The position numbers and the translations under genes are program-made. Shown piece after piece: positions 38,852 to 50,849 of a stretch of 64,000 bases of DNA. The notes under the pieces are model-generated. The model saw nothing but the letters and a program-made list of their open reading frames with translations, had not been told where the DNA came from and made no database searches. The stretch is from Vicugna vicugna (lineage: Eukaryota): the NCBI GenBank assembly GCA_013265495.1, contig MU057989.1:1691513-1755512 (forward strand), in the 5' to 3' direction. The stretch's first letter is position 1. Each line of letters begins with the position of its first letter.

Positions 38852-39350
38852 AGCAGGCTGATGGTGGCCCCCAAAGAAGACAAGTCCAAGAACTAACTCC
38901 CTGCAGCCTGGGAATGTGAACTTATTTGGAAAAGGAGTCTATAAGATATAATTAAGAGAAAGATCTCAAGATGAGGTCATCCTGGATTTAGGGTGGGCCC
39001 TATATCCAATGACAAGGGTCCTTAATAAGAGAAAGGCAGAGGGAGACTGGAGACAGGGATGCATCAGAAGGCCAAGGGATGCCCCAGTAAGGCAGAGATG
39101 GAGCGATGCAGTTTAAGGATGGAGGAAAGGGCCACAAGCCAAGGAACACAGGATCCGGAAGCTGGAAAAGGCAAGGAAATGGATTCTCCCTTTGGAGCCT
39201 CCAGAAGCAGCTAACTCTGCCGAAACCTTGACTGTAACCCAGCGAGACAGACCTCAGGTACTGACCTTAGGAATTGAAAGATAGTAAATCTGTGTTTTTT
39301 TTAAGCCACTAAGTGTATGGTAAGCTGTTAAGCAGTAGTGGGAAATTCAC
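38852..39350 (+). mobile_element. MaLR LTR (MLT1D-like)
   Basis: tggcccccaaaga...gtgaacttatttggaaaagg...gggccacaagccaaggaa...gaagctggaaaaggcaaggaaatggattctccc...ttaagccactaagt. Confidence 0.8.
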
Positions 39351-39559
39351 ACACGAGGGTCTCTTCTTACTGCCCCACAGGGGACCTCGTCTGAAGCCAT
39401 TAAGGTGACTTTGGGATGCAGGAAGGTCATGGGCGGAGGTGGGAGAGTAAGGGGCTGGGGAGTGGGTGTCTCCTTTCCTGCTCTGCCCTTTCCTCGCCCC
39501 AGCCCCTGGGAGCCTACCCAGCATGTCCACCCTGGACACCTTCCCACTTTAGTTACCAA

Positions 39560-39750
39560 AGGGTAGGGCAGCATGCTGGTGGTCCCCCAAAGGCCAATGA
39601 GATGCTGCTGCCCTGGGCGGGGGGAAGATCCTTACACCGTACTCCCTGGCCCTGTGTTTGTGGGGTGTGCACGAACTCCGGAGAGTTAGTGTCAGAACTG
39701 AGTTGAATTCTAGGACACATTTGGTGTCAGAAGTGTCATGAGTGAAAACA
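39560..39750 (+). mobile_element. MER21-like LTR fragment
   Basis: gagttagtgtcagaactgagttgaattctaggacacatttggtgtcagaagtg. Confidence 0.5.
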
Positions 39751-40012
39751 GTTCAGTCATAAAAAGGAGCAGAGCTCTGACGCCTGCTACCACGTGAACA
39801 CGCTTGAATACATGATGCGCAGTGAAAGCAGCCTGTCACAAAGGGCCACATAGTGTATGACTTAATTTATAGGAAACATCCATAATAGGTAAATCTATAG
39901 AGATGGAGAGTCAATTAGTGGTTGCCAGTGGGATGGGGGAAATGGGGAGTGACTGCTAAAGTTACAGGATTTCGTTTTACGGTGATGAATGTTCTAAAAC
40001 TGATGGTGGTGA

Positions 40013-40850
40013 TGAAAGGGAACAGGATCTTCTTGTTTACAGAAAAGCTGAAGTCATCCAGGCTTCCCTAAGTCCTGGAAGAGCAGTTGGTTAGGACAAG
40101 CCTGCAGGCATTAGGGGATGGCAAGAAGTCTGAGATTACTCCTCCACTTCCCTTTAGAACTTCCAGAGCTGAACAGAATCTTTGGAGATGTTTTTTTGGG
40201 GGGATGCTGGGTCTACCAGATTGCAGGCATTCTGGTTAAAAGCAACTTTCCTTATTGTTACCAAGGCTGTTGCCCCCAGGATCATACCCCTGCACCTCCC
40301 TCGACTAGAGACCTTTTCCTCGTATGGAAGTCCCAGGAGGCAGCTGCAGAGAAGAAAGAACTGGTTAGGACCAACAGGGTCCAAAAGGGTGGAGGATCTG
40401 CCTTCCAGTGGACCTTCAGCCTCATTACACGCTCATCGTAATGTATTAGCATGCTAAACGACACACCCACCAGTGTCATGACAGTTGACCATTGCCATGA
40501 CAGCACCCAGAAAAGTCCATACAAGGACTGAAAAACTCGGAACAAGGACTGACTGGCTCCATCACACCCAGAACGAGGGCATGATGGTGGGAGCCTCTCA
40601 TAAAAGTCTGCCTGGCCCGATCAGGGCCAGAGACATCTCTACTGGCCATCTTGGTAGACGGCTCCCCACTCGAGTGCTTTTTCTCCCCTTCTCCTTGTTC
40701 GAGCACCTGCCTTCCATTTCTCCTTCTGAGCAATAAACTGGCTGTTCACCTTGTCCCTCTGTCTCTGCTGTGCAAATTCTTTCGCAGCTGGCAGTGAGCA
40801 CCTACACTTTGGTGGGCTTCCTAATTTAGGGGTCCCTCCATCTGCTAACA
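40013..40850 (+). mobile_element. Solo ERV LTR (838 bp) inserted in an old L1
   Basis: Begins TG, ends CA, 4-bp TSD gtga (40009-40012, 40851-40854); cataaaa TATA-like ~40599, aataaa ~40732; host L1 continuous across it. Confidence 0.85.
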
Positions 40851-41039
40851 GTGATGACTGCATGATTCTGCAAGTAGGCTGAAAACCACTGTAAATGTGA
40901 GAATTACGTTTCAATAAATAAACAGTTATCATTTTCCTACTCTGCACCATCTCAATGCCACCCTCTCAACAGAGTCCCATGGGAGAGGGTCCCTCTCTCC
41001 AAGATGGCACTATTTACCACTATTTTGTTTATACTTTTC

Positions 41040-41370
41040 CAATGTGATTTTTTTATTATTATGGTCAAATATACATAAAATTGACCATTTTAACCCTTTT
41101 TAAGAGCACAGTTCAGTGGCATTACATATACTCACACTGTTGTGCAACCATCACCATCATCCATCTCCACAACTTTCTCCTCTTGCAAAACTGAAGCTCT
41201 GCACCCATTAAATATTAACTACCCCCGCCCCCCGCCACCGGCAGCCACCTTTCCACTTACTGTCTCTGTGAACTTGATGACTCTAGCTACTGCGTACGAG
41301 TGGGATATCACAACATTCGTCCTTTTGTGTCTGGCTTCCTTCGCTCAGAATACCTTCAAGGTTCAACCAC
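41040..41370 (-). mobile_element. Old L1MB-like 3' end
   Basis: aaaattgaccattttaacc...cagttcagtggcatta...tgtgcaaccatcaccatcatccatctcc. Confidence 0.8.
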
Positions 41371-41661
41371 GATGAATCTTGTTTAGGGCTTTAGAATTTC
41401 CACATTATCCCCATTTTAAAGGAGGAGACGCTACAGCCACATACACTGAAGGGACACTGGAAGGTGGCAGGGCCAGAACTCACATGCAGGCTGACCTGAC
41501 TCCAGCACCCACCACTCACCACTTGGCCACCCAGCCACTTCCCCAGGCATCCTACCTTTGCTCCGGCTCCCTCCCCTCCTTGCTGGGAGCTGCTGGGGCT
41601 TAGAGGCTTTAACTCACCTTTGAGCCCTGACTGCATGTATAGTGTCTAGTGGAATCACAAA

Positions 41662-41703
41662 GTGTGTGTGTGTGTGTGTGTGTGTGCGCGTGTGTGTGTG
41701 TGT
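41662..41703. repeat. (TG)n microsatellite
   Basis: gtgtgtgt...gcgcgtgtgtgt. Confidence 0.95.
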
Positions 41704-43909
41704 AAGTGACTGGACTTGGGAGTGGGCTGGGGGCTGAGGTGGGTGGGGCTTTCTCGGTCAGGCTGCCCCTGACTCAGCCTCCATCCAAGCTGCCCAATGA
41801 CCAGGACCACTGCATAGAGTTGTGCAGGCTACAGCATGCTCACCTGTACATGGCCACCTTCCCAGTGACCCTGTTGGCCCTTAAGGTTCCCAAATCTAGG
41901 AGGTCTCTGAGCTCTGCTCTTAGGAGGAGGAAGAAGGAGCACGATTAGAAGCAGGCCCTGGGACAAATGAGATGTGGTGCAGAAAGCAGACTGAGGGTTG
42001 CCGGGTCAGGGGGAGGGAGGAAGAAGTGACTCCTTGATGGGTACTAGTTTTCTTTCCGGGTGATGAAAATGTTCTGGAAGTAAGCAGTGGTGATGGATGC
42101 ACAACTTTGTGAATATATTAAAAGCTACTGAATTGTACACTTAAAAGTGGTTAAAACTGGTAACTTTTATGTGATGTGTATTTTATCACAATAAAAAATG
42201 CCCCACTCTCTCTAGCTTCAGCACCTTCCCAGGGCCTCAATGCACTCTAGGGCCCAGATCAAGGGCCATTTGTATCCCCACCAGGGTCTAGACCCCTGGA
42301 CCTTCTCACTCCCATCCCCCTCCTCACCTCAACAGTGTCACACTGAGCTTTCCAACTAAGGACATTTCCCTGCAGGCTGCCTTCCAGGGGCATCTGTGCT
42401 TGGATTGGGCCCAGTGTTTTACTCAAATAAATGCATTTCTAATGGCTGAATTTCCTGTGGTAGTGGTCCATCTGCAGGGGAGACATTCAAAGATGTGGGG
42501 TGGTTTCTGGAGTCTTCCAAACCCACTTACCAAAAGGCAGCTGTGGCTCAGTCATTCCTGCAGGGCAGGCAGGAAGCAGCAGATAGAGGCTGGAGGTCCT
42601 GCTCCTGAGACTGACTTCGTGCCCCTAGTGTTCCCATGGAGTCAGCCCATTTTTTTGGTACCTCAGTCCCGAGCCAGGATGCCTGCTTGGATATTTTTGC
42701 AGCTCAGGCTGGGAAATCACATCTTCCTGGTACTCCAGCCGCAGCCCTAGGGGAAGAAGTCCTGGGTTGGATTTCCTTAGTAGCTGCATAACCTAGGGCA
42801 AGTTACCCAACCTCTCTGTGCCTTAGTTTCTTTGTCTTTAAAATGAGGATTAACAGAGTTTTGACCTTAAAAGGTTTTTTGGTTTTGCTTTAATTTAGGT
42901 GTAGTCAGATAACACAAAATTAACCATTTTAATGTGTACAATTAAGTGGCATTTAGTGCATTCACAGGAGTGCCAAAACATTTTCATCACTACAGGGGTT
43001 ATTTTCGAGGATTAAATGTGTGAATGTTTGTAAAGCCTTAGACCTGTGCCTGGTACAGCCTGTGCCAAGTAAGGGCTCAATAAATGGCAGGAACGACTGG
43101 TAGTAGGACAGTGTTGGTCAGAAGCACCTGGCAGGTGGTGCTGTTACTAATTCTCTTTCCTTGGCTGGAGAAGGAGGGAGTTAGGCTCCCCCTCCCCTCC
43201 CAGCCCCATTTTCCACTTTGAGCTCTCTACCCCTGCAGTTGTCGCACCCCTTCCCCCAACTAGTAGTGTCCTCCCCGGTTGTGGGAGGGGCAGCGCTGAC
43301 TGTAGCCGGGAGACCTGAAGCCTCCCCACAGTCTCAGGGTCTCTCCTTTGCTCCTCTTGGCTTTTCTTGGACCCCTCTCCCTGCATTTCCCATGCCCGCT
43401 CCAGCTCCCCCAAGCTGTCACATTCTGCGGCAAAGGAGACCTGTGTAGGGGTGGCCAGGAAGATTCTGCCCAGGTGGGAGAGAGTAATGGGAGTGGGAGC
43501 ACAAGCACATCTGGGAGCAGCTCTTATGAGCAGACCTCCCCCACTTCTGAGCGCACCTCCTCCCTCCCAGGGCCGGCGTTTACTCAAGATTCTGGGACCT
43601 CCAAGCGCTGGGAGTGACCTGAGCTCTGCCAGCCAGCCCTGCCAGGTGTGTCCACTTAGAAGAACCGCTTGGGGAGCATGTTAAATAAGCACACTCCCAG
43701 GCTCTCCGAGAGGCGCCCAGGAACCTGCATTCCAACACGCACCCGCCAAGAGGGGCTCAGGAGCCCGAGAGCTTGGGGTAGACTGCCCCCTCCCATCCTT
43801 CCGGCCATAAACATCCTGCTCCGTGGCTGTTTTATGCCATCTCAAAGCCTTTCATGCTGTAACCGCAGCCCAAAGTGTGAATGCTCACTATAGCCCTGCA
43901 CTGACGCCC

Positions 43910-46339
43910 AGCAGGAACACGGGAGTTTCCTTGGTGAACCTCAGGTAGAGCAAAACATCCCCGGACTTCCATCCCCCCGATAATTCCCCTTCGTGGCAAC
44001 CCCTGGAAACACAGGAAAAACACCAGCCTTCCATACAGAGGCCAAGCCCCACCCAGATCGAGTTCACCCAAGTTCCACACGAAGTTTCGAGGCCCTGTGG
44101 AGAGATTATCTGAGGCATCACTGTCTTCCGTGTTGCGGATGACCTGGGTGTGGAAGGAAGAATGGTCTGTTTTTGAATTCCAATTTTCCACATCATCCCA
44201 CTGAAAAAAGTGCAAGAAACAATAAATGAATTCAGCAAAGTTACACAATCAATACACAGAAATCAATGGCATTTCTAAACACTAATAATGAACCGTCAAA
44301 AAAAAATTAGAAAGAAAACAACCTTATCTACAATTACATCCAAAGGAACAAAACACTTAGAAATCAATTTCAGCAAGGATGTGAAGGACTTGCACACTTC
44401 AAACCTGAAGACATTGATGAAGTAACTGAAAAAGACACAAAGGGTCAGAGATCACGTCCTCATGGAATGAAAGAAATACAATTGTTAAAATGTCCATTCT
44501 ACTTAAAGCACTGAGCACAGCGAGCTCAATCCTTACCTAACCTGCAGCGGATTCTTCACAGAAGGGGAGCAAAACATCCCAAGTTTTGTGTGGAACCAAA
44601 CCCCAGAGGGTCCTGCACAGACACAGCCATCCTGAGGAGGGAGGCCAGGCTGGAGGCATCTGGTTTCCAGATGTCACACTGCATTAGGAAGCTACAGATG
44701 TTACATGCAAAACTATATAAAAGTGCAGAAGGAAACAAGAAAATCAACATGAAGTCGGGTTTGGTCATGTAGAACCTGAACTTTGAATTTCAACACACAA
44801 CACAAAAAGGCAGTCCACAAAGAAAACAAAAAATATCGTGGAATTTATCAAATTAAATATTTGTACTCTGTGGGAGGCCTTATTCAGAAAAAAAGCCCCC
44901 CTCCCCAATCACCAGCAGTCAGTCACACACAGTGAGCTTCTCCTCATTTTCCAGCCTTCTCTTTACTTGTTCAGTTGAGTGGGTCCTAAGAAAAGTGAGC
45001 TCCTGTCAGCACAGACACAGCCCGGTGCTTTCCTAGAGCTGAATGCCTGCCAATCCTAAGGAGACTGAGCTCCGTTCAGCTGCGATGCTGAGACTCTGGG
45101 TTGCCAAAGCCCAAGCCCAGGCGGTGGGTGGGGACACAGAACTGCTTTTAGCTGCAAGCAGGGTTAGATCCCAGGTGGAACCCACATGTGATATGGGACA
45201 GAGAGGTGGGCTCAGCGTCCCCTTGTGGTCAGTTAGAAAAGTGCAGGTCAAGCTTGCTTAAACTGCACTGGAGACTCTGCTCCTTGCTAAGCACACCTGC
45301 TGAGTCCATTCATCTTTGGAAATTCAAGCTGAAATATAGCCAACTATTTCATAACTCCTCCGAAATATTTAAGGAACCATTTACGGGAGAGCATATGGAA
45401 TGCAAAGAATGAAGACGCAAACTTTGTCTTACACCAAATTCACTGAAAAATTTTGACAAATTTTACATGCAAAATTATATAAAGTATAGAAGGAAACATA
45501 AAAGAAAATCAATATAACCTCAGGTTTGGTTGTGTAGAACCTGACCTTTGAGTTTCCACACACAAACATAAAAAGGCAATCCACAAAGGAAAATAGGAAT
45601 ATTGTGGACTTAATCAAGTTAAATATTTCTACTCTGTGAAAGACCTAATTCAGAAAATCAAAAGACAAGTACAAACTAGGAGTAGAATATTTGCAAATAC
45701 ATGTCTCTGAAAGGTTTTTTTTTTCTCAAAATACACAAAGAACTCTAACACAAATATCCCCATTCAAAAAAGGAAAGACCTCAATGGACACCTGGCCAAG
45801 AAGATACACAGATACCGTAGCAAATTATGCCCAGGATGGAAAAGGGAGGGGCCAGAAACACAACGGTCCAGCTCCAGTCCAGGAGCTCTGTGTGACCCTA
45901 GTCTAGCTCAACATGGAAAACAGCAGCATACAAAGCCACAGCAAACATCGTGGTCGGTGTACAAGACTTTCAGACTCACTCCTGATTTCAAAAAAAGAAA
46001 AATCCAGAAAGCTGGTCTTGACTACTGGGACTCAGTAGTGGACTGGAATTCCCACCCAGAGTCTTGAGGGAAGACACAAGAGGCACCCATGTGCGAACCA
46101 AAAAATTAAAACCCTGTTTACAGAACATAGAAAATATCCCCTTATATGTGAAACCTTTAGTAATTACTCAAAAAAGTTATGTGAAGTAGTGAACAAATGT
46201 GGCAAAGATATAGGACAGAATACTCATTCAGGAAAATCTACCTTATTTGTATACATATGCAATAAATAACCTGTAAAAGAATTTATGAAAACAATTCATT
46301 TCCAATAACATCAACATTTCTATTCAGGAATATATTTCA
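43910..46339 (+). repeat. Segmental tandem unit A (scrambled L1 ORF2 pieces plus unidentified modules)
   Basis: Collinear with 46340-48910, e.g. gaggccctgtggagagattat at ~44089 and ~46696; aggagactgagctccgttcagctg at ~45059 and ~47667. Confidence 0.9.
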
Positions 46340-46430
46340 TCAAGATACAAGACTTGTTTTTATGTAGGTAAAGTTATCTGTATGTTTGAAGTGACTGGAC
46401 TGTAAATTCCTTTTCAAAACACTATGTCAA

Positions 46431-46599
46431 GGGAGGAGGGTACAGCGCAGTGGCAGAGCACACGCTTAGCATGAGGAGGTCCTGGGTTCAATCCCCTGCA
46501 CCTCCATCAAAGTAAATAAACAAGTACATATCTGATTACCCCCCCAAAAATTAAAAATAAAATAAATAAATAAAAATTAAAAAAATTAAAAACGCCAAC
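46431..46599 (+). mobile_element. tRNA-derived SINE (vic-1-like)
   Basis: gggaggagggtacagcgcagtggcagagc...ggtcctgggttcaatcccc; 15-bp TSD aaaacacta(t/c)gtcaa at 46416-46430 and 46600-46614. Confidence 0.9.
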
Positions 46600-48589
46600 A
46601 AAACACTACGTCAATACCATGCCAGAAAAGCAGAATTCCATATAGAGGCCAAGGCTCACCAAGAACCAGTTCGTCCAAGCTCCACACAAAATTTAGAGGC
46701 CCTGTGGAGAGATTATATGTGGAACCACTGCCTTCCGTGTTGTGGATGACCTGCATGTGGAAGGAAGAGTGGTATTTTTTGAATTCCAATTTTCCACATC
46801 ATCCCACCAAAAAAGTAGCAGAAAAAATAAATGAATTCAGTAAAATTACACAATCAATACAGAGAAGTCAACTGTATTTCTAAATACTAATAATGAGTCA
46901 TCAAAAATAAAGAAAGAATATAATCCTATCTACAATTTATCTAAAGGGACAAAATACCTAGGAATCAATATAAAAAAGAATGTGAAAGACTTGCACACTG
47001 AAAACTTGAAGACATTGATCAAGTAATTGAAAAAGGCACAAAGGGTCAGAGATCATATTCTCATGGAATGGAAGAACTACAAATTGTTAAAATGTCCATT
47101 CTGCTCAAAATGTACAGAATGCAAACCATATCAAATCTACAATGAATTCTTCACAGAAAGACAGCCAATCATATTAAGTTTTGTGTGGAACCAAACCATA
47201 GAGGTTCCCCTGAGGTTAGACACAGCTACCCTGAGGAAGGAGACCAGGCTGGAGGCCTCTGGCTTCCTGATGTCACACAATGGAAGCTACAAATGCTATA
47301 TGCAAAACTATATAAAAGTACAGAAGGAAACATAGAAGAAAATCAACATAACCTTCCATTTGTTCATGTAGAACCTGATCTTTGAGTTTCAACACATAAC
47401 ACAAAAATGCAATGAAGAAAGAAAACAAGGAATGTCGAGGACTTTATCAAATTAAATATTTCTACTCTGGTAAAGACCTCTTCAGAAAACAGACCGCCAC
47501 CCCTCAGCAGTCAGCCACACACAGTATACGCTTCTCCTCATTTTCCAGCCTCCTCCTCGCCTGTTCCTCCCAGCAGGGCATCCACAAGCGGGTCCTAGGA
47601 AAACAGATTCCTGACAGCACGGTCACAGAGCGGAGCTTTCCTGAAGCTGAAACCCCGCCCATCCTAAGGAGACTGAGCTCCGTTCAGCTGAGATGCTGAG
47701 ATTCTGGGTTGCCCAAGCCCAAGCCCAGGCGGTGAGTGAGAAGAAACCGCTTTCAGCTGCAGGCAGGGTTAGATCCCAGGTGGAACCCACAAGCGATGTG
47801 GTCAGAGGCAGCCCAGCGTCCCCCTGTGGCCAGTTGGAGAACTGCAGGTCAAGCCTTGGTCACACTTCATTGGGGACCATGCTCCCTGCTGGCACACCTG
47901 CTGAGTCCATTACACTTTGGAAATTCATACTGAAATAAAGCCAACTATCCCATAACTTCTCCAAAAGAGTTAAGAAACCATTCATTGGAGATCGTATGTA
48001 ATGCAATGAAGAAGCAAACTTTGTCTTACATCAAATTTGCTCAAAAAATTTTAGAGACAAATTTTACATGCAAAATTATATAAAAGTACAGAAGGAAACA
48101 TAGAAGAAAATCAACATAACCTCGGTTTTGGTCAAGTAGAACCAAAGCTTTAAATTTCAACACACGATACAAAAAGGCCACCCACAAAGAAACACAAGGA
48201 ATATTGTGGACTTAATTATTAAGTTTAATATTTCTACTCTGTGAAAGACCTTACTCAGAAAATCAAAAGACAAGTACAAACTAGGAGCAAAAATATTTCC
48301 AAACACATATCCCAGAAAGGTTTTGTCTCAAAATATACAAAGAACTCTAACACAAAAAGACCCATCCCAAACAGGGAAAGGTTTGAATAGACACCTGGCC
48401 AAAGAAGATACACAGATACCATATCAAATTATGTCCAGGACAGGGGAGGGAGGGCCAAAACCACAATGGTCTAGCTCAAGTCCCAGAGCTCTGTGTGACC
48501 CTGGTCTAGTTCAGTGTGGAAGGAAGCAGCATATAAAGCCACAGCAAACATCGTGGTTGGTGTATAAGACTTTTAGAGTCACTCCTGAT

Positions 48590-48629
48590 GAAAGAAAGAA
48601 AGAAAGGAAAGAAAGAAAGAAAGAAAGAA

Positions 48630-48709
<80 letters not shown>

Positions 48710-48711
48710 AA
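48590..48711. repeat. (GAAA)n microsatellite between 29-bp direct repeats
   Basis: tgtataagacttttagagtcactcctgat at 48561-48589 and 48712-48740. Confidence 0.95.
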
Positions 48712-49854
48712 TGTATAAGACTTTTAGAGTCACTCCTGATTTCAAAAAAAAAAGAAAGAAAGAAAGAAAGAAAAAGAAAAAGCCAAACAGCTGGCCTTAA
48801 CTACTGTGACTCAATAGTGAATTGGAATTCCTCTCCAGAGTCTTATGGAAAATCAGAAAGGGCATCCGCATGAGAACTGAAAATTAAAACTGTGTTTACA
48901 GAATACAAAAACCCATCATAAAGCAGGTGAACGTATAAGCTTCTTTTGGATCCCAAGTGAGGTCTCTTTAACAGACCAAGATTACAGATATAGTGGTTTC
49001 AGCATTCTTAGCTCCTAACCACCAGGGCAAGAACTTTATCAAATAGAGTCCACTGTTTCAGTACAGTCCACTTTTGCATTTAGTCTACAGATTCAATTTA
49101 TTTCCATATTTACTGAGGGCAGAACATTTTGTCCCACCACAAACCCTGAGTTTTATTCATACATTTCTAAATCAGTTTTTTAAAAGTTCTGTAATGCAAC
49201 TAAATTAGAATATATTATAATGTATTTGTCGGGCTGTAAAAATCTATGGGTTTAGACAAAATCATAGTTGCAGGTAATCATCACTAAAGTATCATATGGA
49301 ATATTTCAAACCCCACCCATAACCTGTTTACCATCTCTGTTTCACCTATTTCAGAATGTCATAAATGGGGTTCTATAGTATGTAGCCTCCTTAGAATGGA
49401 TTCTTTCATTAGCAATATATATATAAGTTTCATCCATGTTTTTTGCATGGGCTGATAGGGCAATTATGCTACATTTCTGAATACTACTCCATTGCATATG
49501 TATGGGAGAAAAAATAAATTTCCCTCTACCCTTCTTTGTCCTTTGGGATACCCTCTGTAATGAAAGGCAGGTGAACTGGAGAAAAACGTTTAACAACGTA
49601 TGTACCTCCTATATGCAAGGGAGATATCCAGAAAAACTGAGTTAACGCCCTGAAATGGCCCAACCCGGTGCCTTACATACCATCTTCATCTAAAAACAAA
49701 ACAAAGGAATGGGTAGGGTGTTGAGCAGATTTAAATCTTAGCTTTCTTCTCTGATAAGAGTTTTTTGAGATTTAGTCATCCTTCCATTCCTGGTATGGAG
49801 AGGGAGACATCTTTTCAAATGTAAATTTCCCACACAAAAGGACAATCTTTTAAA

Positions 49855-50849
49855 AAAGTTTTTTACATTTTTAAAATTGAACTATAGTCAATTACAATGT
49901 GTCAATTTCTGGTGTACAGCATAATGTCCTAGTCATGCATATATTTATATACAAATATTCATTTTCATATTCTTTTTCCTTAAAGATATTACAAGATACT
50001 GAATATAGTTCCCTGTGCTATATAGAAGAAATTTGTTTTTTAATCTATTTTATATATAGTTGTTAACATTTGCAAATCTCAAACTCCTAAATTTCTCCTT
50101 TACCGCCCCCTTTCCCCCAGTAACTATAAGATTGTTTACTATGTATGCGAGCCTGTTTCTGTTTTGTAGATGAGTTCATTAGTGTCCTCTTTTTTTTCTT
50201 TCTTTCTTTCCTTTTTAGATTCCTCTTATGAGTGACATCATATGGTATTTTTCTTCCTCTTTCTGGATTACTTCACTTAGACGATGATCTCCAGGTCCAT
50301 CCATGTTGCTGCCAATGGCATTATTTTATTCTTTTTATGGCTGAGTAGTATTCAGCCATATTGTATTGTATTGTATTGTAAGGTCAACTGTGCAACTGTG
50401 TATATATAGACCACAACTTCTTTATCCAGTCATCTGTCGATGGACATTTAGGTTGCTTCCACGTCTTGGCTATCGTAAATAGTGCTGCTGTGAACACTGG
50501 GGTGCATGTGTCTTTTCAAATTAGATTTCCCTCCAGATGTATGCTTAGGATTGAAATTGCTGGATCATATGGTAAGTCTAGTTCTAATTTTTTGAGGAGT
50601 CTCCATACTGTTTTCCAAAATCGCTGCATTAAACTACATTCCCACCAACATTGTAGGAGGGTTCCCTTTTCTCCACAGCCTCTCCAGCATTTATCATTTG
50701 TAGACTTTTTAATGATGGCCATTCTGACTGGTGTGAGGTGATATCTCATTGTAGTTTTGATTTGCATTTCTCTGATAATTAGTGATATTGAGTATTTTTT
50801 CTTGTGCCTCTTGGCCATTTGTATGTCTTTTTTGAGAACTGCTTCTTTA
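49855..50849 (-). mobile_element. Younger L1 3' end (ORF2 C-terminus and 3' UTR)
   Basis: ORF 50516-50890(-) [46 protein letters not shown] is L1 ORF2 cysteine-rich end. Confidence 0.92.

Larger units (their letters stand above)
46340..48910 (+). repeat. Segmental tandem unit B
   Basis: Same block order as unit A, plus a private SINE and a private (GAAA)n insertion. Confidence 0.9.

Noticed and set aside
44136..44204. Possible C/D box snoRNA (ggatgac...ctga)
   Set aside because: Box C is imperfect, no terminal stem is evident, and CTGA is absent at the equivalent position in copies B and C.
48323..48800. Lys/Glu/Arg-rich and Phe/Leu/Ser-rich ORFs
   Set aside because: Translation of the (GAAA)n microsatellite.
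49498..49854. Possible LTR fragment
   Set aside because: Looks LTR-like, but I could not identify termini, a TSD or a family.
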